A stretch of 35,661 nucleotides of DNA from Actinomycetota bacterium (GTDB lineage Bacteria > Actinomycetota > Acidimicrobiia > Acidimicrobiales > VFJN01), in contig JBKPRV010000352.1 in NCBI GenBank assembly GCA_046734715.1, positions 1 through 35,661 on the forward strand. Reading direction: 5' to 3'. The notes beneath the pieces were generated by a model. The model worked only from the letters and a program-made list of their open reading frames with translations, ran no database searches and was not told the origin of the DNA. A program made the position numbers and the translations under genes. Shown here one piece after another: positions 8,103 to 15,013 of this stretch (the first letter of the stretch is position 1; each line of letters begins with the position of its first letter).

Positions 8103-8315
8103 ATGGGACTCACATGGCGCTTGGGAATGGCGAACCGGTGGCTGGGCACCGACGACGAAGGCCAGCAGGTCGGCCACGTGGGCCTGGTGGTCACCGGCGG
8201 GGGCACCCACCGCTACTGGCACGGCTGGCGCCGCGACGGCTCCCCGACCGGCATCGACGTCGGCCACTACGACTCCCCCGAAGAAGCCATGGCCGCGGTC
8301 GACGAGGCCTGCTGA
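8103..8315 (+). CDS. Orphan small protein (62-70 aa), putatively LexA-regulated
   Basis: This is the 3' part of ORF 7977..8315, with in-frame ATGs at 8103 and 8127 and strongly GC3-biased codons from 8127 on. Translation: MANRWLGTDDEGQQVGHVGLVVTGGGTHRYWHGWRRDGSPTGIDVGHYDSPEEAMAAVDEAC. I recognise no family. ATG 8103 lies inside the -10-like hexamer, so 8127 may be the real start. Confidence 0.5.
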   Translation: MGLTWRLGMANRWLGTDDEGQQVGHVGLVVTGGGTHRYWHGWRRDGSPTGIDVGHYDSPEEAMAAVDEAC

Positions 8316-8333
8316 GCTTCCCTGCTCGTGCCC

Positions 8334-9710
8334 TCAGCCGTCGGTCGCCGCCCCTGGTCGGGCGGGTGGGGTGAACATGTCGCCTTCGCCGACGGGGCGG
8401 CAGCAGCCCCAGGAGCCGCTGCCTTCGTCCGTGGCGACGCCGCCGCCCCAGACGAGGGCGGACGTGCCGGTGGAGACGACCGGTGCCTCGCGGCGGCCGC
8501 GAAGCTCGTCGGGGGCGGTGAGCTGGGGGCGGTTAGGGCCGGGGGCGAAGAGCCACTCGCCGGACGTGGGGTCGAGGACGAGGACCCGGCCGTCGGGGTC
8601 GGTGGTGTCGAAGGCGATCACCCGGCCGTCGATCGTGATGTCGCCGTAACGGTCGTTGCCCTGAAACGCCACGGGCGCGGGTGGCAACAGTCGCCATGTG
8701 CGGGCGATGGGATCGAACGCGGCCGCGTCAGTGTGGTCCCCGAAGGCGCCGCTGCCTCCGGCGAAGGCATGCCCGCCGCCCACCACGACCTCACGGCCGG
8801 TCCAGGCGACCAGGGGCTGGCCCCGGACCGCGAGCGGTGGGCCCGGTAGGGTCCGCCACTTCTCGGCGACCGGGTCGAGCGCCAGGGCGTGGGGCCACTG
8901 CGGCGCGTGGAGGCCATCGCCCCCCGTCGCGCCCACGAACACCAGCTCCTGCCCAGTCCACACGGCGTTGCCGGGCAGGGCCTCTGGTGCGTCCGGCAGC
9001 CGCGTCCAGTCGTTGGTCTCCGGGTCGTAGAGCGCGGCGACCGGCACGGCGCCGTCATCGCGGGAGGTGGAGCCGAAGGCGCCGGCCACCAGGACCTGCT
9101 CGCCAGTCCAGGCCACCTGCGTGATCGAGGAGCTGAGCGACCCGAGGTCCGTGGAGGGCAGCGGGTGCCACTCGTCCGTCCGCGGATCGTAGGCCGCACC
9201 GTGGACCGTCCGGTCCACGGAGGTGCCGCCGAATGCCACGACCTCGGTCCCGGTCCATACGGCGACCGGAGCCCCGAGGACGTAGCCCGGCGGGCTGGCT
9301 AGACGCCGCCATGCCCCGGTGGCCGGCGAGTAGGCGGCGGCGCCGACCTCCGCTCCCTCGCTGCCGTGGTAGCCGCCGAAAACGATCATCTCCTCGCCGG
9401 TCCATACCGCGGCCTGCTGGAAGCGGGGCGTGATCGGGGCCCCGGGCAGCGGCTCCCACATCCCCTCGGCCGGCGTCCCCACCGCCGGGGTCATGACCTC
9501 GGTCATGCCGCCCTGGTCCCGGCTCACCGCCAGCCCCGCGGCGAGCGCGGTCACCGTGATGATGCCGGCCGCCACCCGCACGCCGGCCGCGTGCCGGCGG
9601 CGGCGGCGGACCCGGCGATCGACGCGGCCGGGCAGGTCCTCGGCGACCGTCACCGCCGCCGCCGACGTCCGCAGCTCGCGTCGCAGCCGTTCCTCGAAGG
9701 CGAGGGCCAT
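8334..9710 (-). CDS. Sigma-factor-associated single-pass membrane protein with extracytoplasmic Kelch-like beta-propeller (candidate anti-sigma/sensor)
   Basis: The ORF track entry 8334..10130 was trimmed to ATG 9710 (TGATG overlap with the sigma gene stop). The layout is a short basic N-terminus, a TM helix (VRVAAGIITVTALAAGLAV), then six Y/F/LDPxxxxWxxL blade motifs (YSPATGAWRRL, YDPRTDEWHPL, YDPETNDWTRL, LDPVAEKWRTL, FDPIARTWRLL, LDPTSGEWLFA). Five clear WTG-x-E/Q-hhhhGG strands alternate with them. Confidence 0.75.
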   Translation of the reverse strand: MALAFEERLRRELRTSAAAVTVAEDLPGRVDRRVRRRRRHAAGVRVAAGIITVTALAAGLAVSRDQGGMTEVMTPAVGTPAEGMWEPLPGAPITPRFQQAAVWTGEEMIVFGGYHGSEGAEVGAAAYSPATGAWRRLASPPGYVLGAPVAVWTGTEVVAFGGTSVDRTVHGAAYDPRTDEWHPLPSTDLGSLSSSITQVAWTGEQVLVAGAFGSTSRDDGAVPVAALYDPETNDWTRLPDAPEALPGNAVWTGQELVFVGATGGDGLHAPQWPHALALDPVAEKWRTLPGPPLAVRGQPLVAWTGREVVVGGGHAFAGGSGAFGDHTDAAAFDPIARTWRLLPPAPVAFQGNDRYGDITIDGRVIAFDTTDPDGRVLVLDPTSGEWLFAPGPNRPQLTAPDELRGRREAPVVSTGTSALVWGGGVATDEGSGSWGCCRPVGEGDMFTPPARPGAATDG

Positions 9711-10234
9711 CACCGCTCCTCCAACTCGGTGCGCAGGCGCTCCAGGCCACGCGCGGTGTGCGACTTCACGGTCCCGACCGCCATCCCCAGCAGGTCGGCG
9801 ACGTCCGACTCGGTGAGGTCGTCGTAGTAACGCAGCACGATCACCGCCCGCTGGCGCACCGGCAGGCGCCGCAGCGCCGCCACCACGGCGTCGCGCTCCG
9901 CCACGACCTCCTCGAGCCGCCCGGCGCCGCGGCCGGTGCCCGACCGCCGCCGTTCCTCCCGCGACTCCAGCACGTGCCGGCGCCCCCGGGTGGTCACCTC
10001 GTTGACCACGGCGCGGCGCAAGTAGGGGTAGGGCTCGAAGACTCGGCCCCGCTGCCACTGGGGATACACCTTGGCGAACGCCTCGGCCACCACGTCCTCC
10101 GCCTGGTGCTGGTCGCCGCACAGCAACCATGCGAGCCGCAGCAACGGCTCGAGGTGGCTCAGGTACAGCGCCGCGTAGTGCTCAGGCGCCACCCTCGCGG
10201 TCAGCGGCACCGCCACCGTGTCGCTCGTCATCAC
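9710..10234 (-). CDS. ECF-type RNA polymerase sigma-70 family factor
   Basis: ORF track 174 aa. The region 2 pattern is DVVAEAFAKVY..W....F.PYLRRAVVNE. Region 4 is LPVRQRAVIVLRYYDDLTESDVADLLGMAVGTVKSHTARGLERLR. The start is GTG 10234 or ATG 10231. Confidence 0.9.
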   Translation of the reverse strand: MMTSDTVAVPLTARVAPEHYAALYLSHLEPLLRLAWLLCGDQHQAEDVVAEAFAKVYPQWQRGRVFEPYPYLRRAVVNEVTTRGRRHVLESREERRRSGTGRGAGRLEEVVAERDAVVAALRRLPVRQRAVIVLRYYDDLTESDVADLLGMAVGTVKSHTARGLERLRTELEER

Positions 10235-10335
10235 CCCCCAGACGGAACAGCCCTCCGAAAGGTTGTCATGAACCCCCGAAGACCGAAGGACACGGGCCCA
10301 TCAGGCTGAGCCCGGGCGGCGGCGTCGCGGCGCGA

Positions 10336-10800
10336 CTAGCGGGATGCTGTTCGTGGCGGTGGGGTGGCCCTGACGGCGAGCAGAACCGCCAGGGTGTGAA
10401 GCGCCGCCACCGCGGCGGCGAGCAGCGCCAAGCCCATCCGGTCCTCGTCGAGCTGGTGCAGGACCTCCGCCACGTCGACCAGCGCGAACCCGGCGGCGAT
10501 CACGGCGATGGCCAGCAGCCACCGCCGCTCCGGACGTGACCACGCCAGCAAGGCGAGCCCCACCGACGCCACGACCGCGATGCCGACGACCAGCGGGGAC
10601 TCCAGGTTCAGCCCGAGCACCCGCTCCTCGCCGCCGGCCGGCTCCGTCCCTGCCTCGCCCGCCTCCGATCCGGAGTGCTCGCCGCGGGCCTCGTCCGTGT
10701 GCGGCTCCAGGGCGACGCCGAGGACGAACAGCGCCGTCGCCGCCAGCAGGACCAGTGGCAGCGCCGCGCGGGATCGGGACCAGGCGGCCGGCGCGATCAC
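10336..10800 (-). CDS. Hypothetical 4-TM membrane protein with a His/Asp/Glu-rich loop
   Basis: The ORF track entry 10336..11013 was trimmed to GTG 10800 (GTGA overlap with the stop of the upstream mini-gene). It has four hydrophobic helices. Loop 1 reads EPHTDEARGEHSGSEAGEAGTEPAGGEE. GC3 is high throughout. Confidence 0.6.
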   Translation of the reverse strand: MIAPAAWSRSRAALPLVLLAATALFVLGVALEPHTDEARGEHSGSEAGEAGTEPAGGEERVLGLNLESPLVVGIAVVASVGLALLAWSRPERRWLLAIAVIAAGFALVDVAEVLHQLDEDRMGLALLAAAVAALHTLAVLLAVRATPPPRTASR

Positions 10801-11078
10801 GACGGGGACCGGAGCCGAGGGGCCGCCATCGCCACCGGCTCGGCCGGCGCCGCCACCGGCAAGCACCGCCGTACCCGCCTCCGCCGCCACACGAGGGCCG
10901 CCACGACCACCGCGGCCACCCCCACGACGCCGAACAGAACTGCTCCGAGCGCGGCCGTCACTCCCGCTGCGGCCAGGAACCCGAGGATCGGCCCGGCGCA
11001 GCACGCGGCGCACGCCACCGCGCCCACGCCCACCACGCCCGCCCCGGCCTTGGCATCGATCCGCTTCGGCTCGCCCAC
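10797..11078 (-). CDS. Small two-TM protein with an intramembrane CxxCC-x-P motif (MerT/MerF-like feature, function unknown)
   Basis: This is the C-terminal part of ORF 10797..11681, whose upstream part is a shadow of the plus-strand nitrobindin gene. Translation: VGEPKRIDAKAGAGVVGVGAVACAACCAGPILGFLAAAGVTAALGAVLFGVVGVAAVVVAALVWRRRR... Candidate starts are GTG 11078, which sits 6 nt after a TACGGT -10-like hexamer and could be leaderless, or GTG 11105. Confidence 0.5.
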   Translation of the reverse strand: MGEPKRIDAKAGAGVVGVGAVACAACCAGPILGFLAAAGVTAALGAVLFGVVGVAAVVVAALVWRRRRVRRCLPVAAPAEPVAMAAPRLRSPS

Positions 11079-11090
11079 GAGCCGACCGTA

Positions 11091-11114
11091 GACCTTCGAC
11101 CCCACTTGAAGGTC
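11091..11114. promoter_or_regulatory. 7-N10-7 inverted repeat (candidate operator) in the divergent intergenic region
   Basis: GACCTTC-gaccccactt-GAAGGTC has perfect arms. On the minus strand it fills the 20-nt spacer between TTGACC (plus-strand coordinates 11111-11116) and TACGGT (11085-11090). Confidence 0.4.
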
Positions 11115-11189
11115 AAGGGTCGACCCGGCGATCGACCTCTCGACCCGCTCCGTCACCCGGCGCACGGGAGGGGGTCTACGGTCGGGGTC

Positions 11190-11675
11190 GTGGAACCGGA
11201 GCTTCACGCCGACGTCGCGGCGCTCGCTTGCCTGCTGGGATCCTGGTCCGGCGAGGGCGAGGGCCGCTACCCCACCATCGAGCCCTTCGCCTACCGCGAG
11301 GAGATCAGCTTCGGGCACAACGGCAAGCCGTTCCTCGCCTACCGCCAGGCCACGGTCCGGGTCGACACCGGCGTGCCGTCCCACGCCGAAGTGGGCTACC
11401 TGCGCGGCGTCGGCGCCGGGCGGGTGGAGCTGGTGCTCGCGCACCCGACAGGCGTGGCCGAGGTGGCCGAGGGCACCGCGGAGGTGACCGCCGACGGCGT
11501 GGTGGTGCGGCTGCGCTCCACCAGCGTGACCGGCACGACCACCGCCAAGGACGTGCGCAGCATCGAACGGTCCCTGACCGTGGCCGGAGACGTCCTGCAC
11601 TACGACCTGGCCATGGGTGCCGTCGGCCAACCGCACCAGCACCACCTCCACGCCGAGCTGCACCGGGAGACGTGA
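11190..11675 (+). CDS. Nitrobindin/FABP-like heme-binding beta-barrel protein (DUF1794, Rv2717c-like)
   Basis: The ORF track entry 10536..11675 was trimmed to GTG 11190, with a GGGAGGGGG run about 15 nt upstream. Translation starts VEPELHADVAALACLLGSWSGEGEGRYPTIEPFAYREEISFGHNGKPFLAY, the characteristic LxxLxGxWxGxGxGxYPTIxxFxYxEE N-terminus. Confidence 0.8.
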   Translation: MEPELHADVAALACLLGSWSGEGEGRYPTIEPFAYREEISFGHNGKPFLAYRQATVRVDTGVPSHAEVGYLRGVGAGRVELVLAHPTGVAEVAEGTAEVTADGVVVRLRSTSVTGTTTAKDVRSIERSLTVAGDVLHYDLAMGAVGQPHQHHLHAELHRET

Positions 11676-12187
11676 GCCCACGAGCCCCGGGTCACACCCG
11701 CGCCGCGGGTCCGAAATCGTAGGGCCAGCACGTAACGCCGGGTGGTCTGAGCAACCCCCTGGGGTCGATGCTCACGAGCGCCCAGTACGCAGCTTTCGAG
11801 GCTGCCTTCCGAGAAGGCGGGTCGTCGCTGCGGACGACCGCCAAGTCATACCTGAAGGCGCATGAGCGTCCGGGCTGGTACGACGCCCGACTTTGCTGGT
11901 GGGTTCGTTGTGCGACGCTTCGCGCGCTTTGTTGGTCCCGAGGCGCGCACATGGTGGGTCGTCGGCCCACGGACTCGACCTCGCGCTAGGCCACCCAACT
12001 CTGGCGCCGCGCCGAACCGCATGTCTCGATCGTGCGACTGACACGGACCTACGCCACCGGGCGCTCATCGGTGCGCTCGACCGGTTCATCGACCCGTCCG
12101 ACGTTCTGTCGCGCGTACCGGTCAGCGCCGGGCTCCTACCATCGATCCTGTGAAGTCGGTCGCGGCCGTGCTCCGTGGCGGTACGTG

Positions 12188-12589
12188 ATGCCCGAGGCCG
12201 TTGCGGTGCTCTCCTTTGGACAGCCTCGGCTGGTCCATGGACCGGCGCGAGTCAACTTCAAGACGTCATGTGTCGTCGATGCCACCGGCGTAACTCTGTA
12301 TCGCTGGCCGTGGCGTTCGATCCACGTCCCGCTCGAACAGGTGGACCGTTTCGATGTCGTGCTGAAGGATCCAGTGCAGGACGTCGAGCATCCGCAGGCA
12401 CGTGACCCGGTCCCGCGCCTCGTGCTGCGGACCCGCGACGGGAAGGTGCTGCGGGTCTCCGGGATCGTGAACCCGTGGCGTGCGGGGCCGCGTCAGGCAT
12501 GCGCCCTGCAACTGAACAACCACATCGTGCGATTGAATCGTCGACGGCAGCAGCCTCCGGCCCACGAGGCCGGTGAGCCGCCCGAATAG
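12188..12589 (+). CDS. Hypothetical protein (orphan, 133 aa)
   Basis: The ORF track entry 12032..12589 was trimmed to ATG 12188 (MPEAVAVLSFGQPRLVHGP...). GC3 is moderate. It is followed directly by a 7-bp-stem hairpin. I recognise no family with confidence; it may have a PH-like beta-rich fold. Confidence 0.45.
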   Translation: MPEAVAVLSFGQPRLVHGPARVNFKTSCVVDATGVTLYRWPWRSIHVPLEQVDRFDVVLKDPVQDVEHPQARDPVPRLVLRTRDGKVLRVSGIVNPWRAGPRQACALQLNNHIVRLNRRRQQPPAHEAGEPPE

Positions 12590-12601
12590 CGCAGGCGATC
12601 G

Positions 12602-12620
12602 ACGCCGCGCAGTGCGGCGT
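12602..12620 (+). terminator. Hairpin after the orphan gene, abutting the tRNA fragment
   Basis: ACGCCGC-gcagt-GCGGCGT forms a perfect 7-bp stem, 13 nt after the TAG at 12587-12589. There is no U-tract. Confidence 0.4.
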
Positions 12621-12659
12621 GGCTGACAGGACTTGAACCTCCGACCCCGTGACCCCCAG
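12621..12659 (-). repeat. Displaced copy of the 3' half of tRNA-Pro (att-type direct repeat)
   Basis: The minus strand reads CTGGGGGTCACGGGGTCGGAGGTTCAAGTCCTGTCAGCC. tRNA positions 33-71 read CTGGGGGTCAAGGGGTCGCAGGTTCAAGTCCTGTCAGCC. That is 37/39 identical in the same orientation. No matching 5' half or acceptor partner is present. Confidence 0.8.
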
Positions 12660-12950
12660 CCACTGCCGGGCGTCCGCCGTTGTCCGCCCGGGCCCGGAGA
12701 CGGCTGCTCACAAGCGGTCTGGCGGCCGCGCACGTCCGATCCTGTGTGGCCCAGGGCAACGGTCATCGGCTCCCCCACCGGCTCCCCGCTCGAAGCTATG
12801 GAATGGAGGATCAGTCCTGGCCGTCGTTGTCGGCACGAGCAGCTGCGCGAGCAACCGGCCCAGCTGACCTTCTGATCCATAGGCTCGTCCGAGCCGTCCA
12901 GCGGGGTCCGGCCGAGGCGTTCGCCCGGGTGGGGCTGCCGATCGGCTGGC

Positions 12951-13424
12951 TCATCCCACGAGGTAGGTCTCGTAGATCACGCCTGTGGCCTGGCGGCCGG
13001 CGACGCTGATGAAGACGCCCTTGTTCAACCAATCGAGGTGGGGGGAGGCGGTTTCGATCTGGGTCGAGGTGCGGAAGGTGTACTCGCTGGCGTCGACATC
13101 TTCACCGCGCCCGAGCCGTGAGAGGACCTCGGCGGGACCGTGGCGCACACCTCGTGATTGGACGTAGAGCAGGTCGCCGCGGTCGGTCTCCAGCGTGTAG
13201 CGGATATCGCCGAGCGCGGTGCCGTCTGGCAGGACGATCTGCCAGTCGGCGCTGGCGCCTGGCAGCAGCTTCCCGTTGAGTTCCGGACCGGTGAATGTTC
13301 CACCGGTCAGTGGCACGATGCGCCGATGGCCTTGGGCGGTCTCGCCCAGGTCGAGCGGCTGCGCGAGCGTGGCCTCCAGCCGGTAGACCCGGGTGAGGCG
13401 AGGGTCAGGAAGCGGATTGCTCAT
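12951..13424 (-). CDS. DUF3237/UPF0311-family beta-barrel protein
   Basis: ORF track 157 aa. Matches include RRIVPLTGGTFTGPELNGKLLPGASADWQIV..DG...D.RYTLETDRGDLLYV, typical of DUF3237. A GGGAG sits 6 nt upstream of the ATG. The start lies 20 nt inside the upstream gene. Confidence 0.7.
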   Translation of the reverse strand: MSNPLPDPRLTRVYRLEATLAQPLDLGETAQGHRRIVPLTGGTFTGPELNGKLLPGASADWQIVLPDGTALGDIRYTLETDRGDLLYVQSRGVRHGPAEVLSRLGRGEDVDASEYTFRTSTQIETASPHLDWLNKGVFISVAGRQATGVIYETYLVG

Positions 13425-13719
13425 CGGTGGCTCCCGTCACCGGGTCGTTGGGATGGGGCTCGAGCGGGGTCACGGTCACACGCATCCACTCGTAGATCGG
13501 CAGAGCGCGGAGCAGCTCGTCGAGTTGCGCTCGGCTGCCGGCGTCGTACAGGCCAAGGACCTTGGCTTCGCCGGCTGCGGTCAGCTTCCAGACGCGCACG
13601 AGGTGCCCTTCGCGTGCCAGTTGGGCTGCCGCGGTTGCCTCGGCGTCCTCGCGATCCCGAACCTCAGACTGCGGCGTTCCGCCCGGGACGTTGATCTCGA
13701 ACTCGACCAGGAATTCCAT
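13405..13719 (-). CDS. Muconolactone delta-isomerase-like (MIase fold) small protein
   Basis: The ORF track entry 13405..13836 was trimmed to ATG 13719, with GAGGAG 7 nt upstream. MEFLVEFEINVP.....AEATAAAQLAREGHLVRVWKL...AKVLGLYDAGSRAQLDELLRALPIYEWMRVTVTPLEPHP parallels MLFxVxMxVxxP...REG.W..LWR..G......IFDV.S..ELH.IL..LPLFPYM.IEVTPL..HP. Confidence 0.7.
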   Translation of the reverse strand: MEFLVEFEINVPGGTPQSEVRDREDAEATAAAQLAREGHLVRVWKLTAAGEAKVLGLYDAGSRAQLDELLRALPIYEWMRVTVTPLEPHPNDPVTGATDEQSAS

Positions 13720-13993
13720 TGTGGTTCTCCTCACCCGCCTGCCCGACCGGCTGGTGCGTGGCCGCGACGGTAGAGGCTGTCGGACCTGCTCTCTCTGTCG
13801 AGCGAGCCCGTCGCAATCGGTCCTGAGCGGGTCCACGGGGCGAGTTTGTCAGCTTGGGAAGGGCTGGCCAGTCTGCATCGCGACGGCGTCCGATGCCCAG
13901 CCGTACGCCAAGAAAGGTCGAGATCCGGCGCTACGCGTTCCCGTACCTGCGAGAGCGATCGGCCGGGATGTTCGGCCGCCAGGTGGGCTAGCC

Positions 13994-14284
13994 CTACTCC
14001 GGTAGTTCGAGGGACAGCTTCCGCACGACCTCTCTCGCCACTTCCAGCAGGTCGATGCCGGTCGAGTCAGTGATCTGCGCCTTCGCGACCAAGATTGCCA
14101 GGAACATGCTCAGGTTGAGCAATCCGACGACGATGTCCTCGGGCGCAGGCTCGTTCGGATCGTTGACCAGCGCGTGAATGCGCTCGACGGCCGCCCACCG
14201 CTCGTTGTCCCCTTCCTGCATCCAGAGCGTCAGCAGTTCCACACCGCGGCGCGTGCTGCCCGCTCGGGGGCCCATCTCGTCCAC
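13994..14284 (-). CDS. Hypothetical protein (96 aa, orphan)
   Basis: ORF track entry with coding-like GC3. The start is GTG 14284 or ATG 14275, with no clear RBS. I recognise no family. Confidence 0.45.
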   Translation of the reverse strand: MDEMGPRAGSTRRGVELLTLWMQEGDNERWAAVERIHALVNDPNEPAPEDIVVGLLNLSMFLAILVAKAQITDSTGIDLLEVAREVVRKLSLELPE

Positions 14285-14515
14285 TGGCCGAAGCGTAGGG
14301 GCTACCGCGTTCCCGGCTGAACGCGAAGCGACCCCCGACCGAAGCCGGGGGCCGCTAGTGGGGAGAACTCCCCGTTACCCGAACCAGCGGTGGGCTAGAC
14401 GCCCCGTCACTTTCCCGTAGATGCGGCGGGCGAGCCGCCTCCGGACACGGCCACGCCGGACGGCGTTGACGTCATTTGCTGTGCTTCAAGGCCCGGTAGA
14501 GGAGGCTCTTGAGGC

Positions 14516-14712
14516 TCACTGGGTGGCGATCGCTTGGATCTGCGCGACCGCGTCCTCGAGCAGCACCAGCAGCGCGGCCGGGTCGCCCCCGAGGACGATC
14601 TTGTGGTGCACGTCGCCGATGGAGACGGCGCAGACCCCGCTGTCGGGTCCCTGGTGGCCGAGGCGTGGGCGAGGGCCAGCTCGGTCATGTAGACGGTGAT
14701 CTCGGGTTGCAT
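14516..14712 (-). pseudogene. Frameshifted small gene next to the tRNA 3' end
   Basis: AGGAGG sits 3 nt upstream of ATG 14712. The first frame reads MQPEITVYMTELALAHA with high GC3, then loses coding character. A second frame reads ..LGHQGPDSGVCAVSIGDVHHKIVLGGDPAALLVLLEDAVAQIQAIATQ* and ends at TGA 14516-14518. The 197-nt span is not a multiple of 3, so an indel near 14650-14665 is implied. Confidence 0.4.
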
Positions 14713-14904
14713 GGGCCTCCTGGCCGGCAGGCGCCTATCGTCGCTGGTTGGCATGGAGTGGTACCTCCGCGTCCGGGGCCGGGGTGTTCGCGCACCGCCG
14801 GCCCCGCCTGTGTGGTCGGACACTCGTTGCTGACCCGGTTGCTGTCCTCGGGCTGGGAACCAGAAGAGCCGGCCCTTGCGGACCGGCTCTGACCTGGGAC
14901 TTTG

Positions 14905-14981
<77 letters not shown>

Positions 14982-15013
14982 ACGGGGAGATGCCATCGTA
15001 GCAACCCCGGGTC

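Noticed and set aside
10536-11681. Mutually overlapping long ORFs: 10536..11675 (+), 10508..11722 (+) and 10797..11681 (-)
   Set aside because: Only the 3' third of the plus ORF (nitrobindin, from 11190) and the 3' third of the minus ORF (the CxxCC mini-protein, up to 11078/11105) show real protein character. The remainder is Arg/Pro/Gly-rich read-through across the divergent intergenic region and the opposite gene.
11893-12153. Tyrosine-recombinase remnant, suggested by the ..TDLRHRA.. peptide
   Set aside because: Only a five-residue resemblance to the H-x-L-R-H box is present. The downstream LGH...Y catalytic block is absent in every frame. That is insufficient to call an integrase pseudogene.
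12621-12700. A second tRNA gene, suggested by the GGTTCAAGTCC T-arm sequence
   Set aside because: Only the segment from the anticodon loop to the acceptor 3' strand is present. The upstream sequence cannot form an acceptor or D stem, and one substitution disrupts the T stem. I interpret it as a displaced att-type fragment, not a gene.
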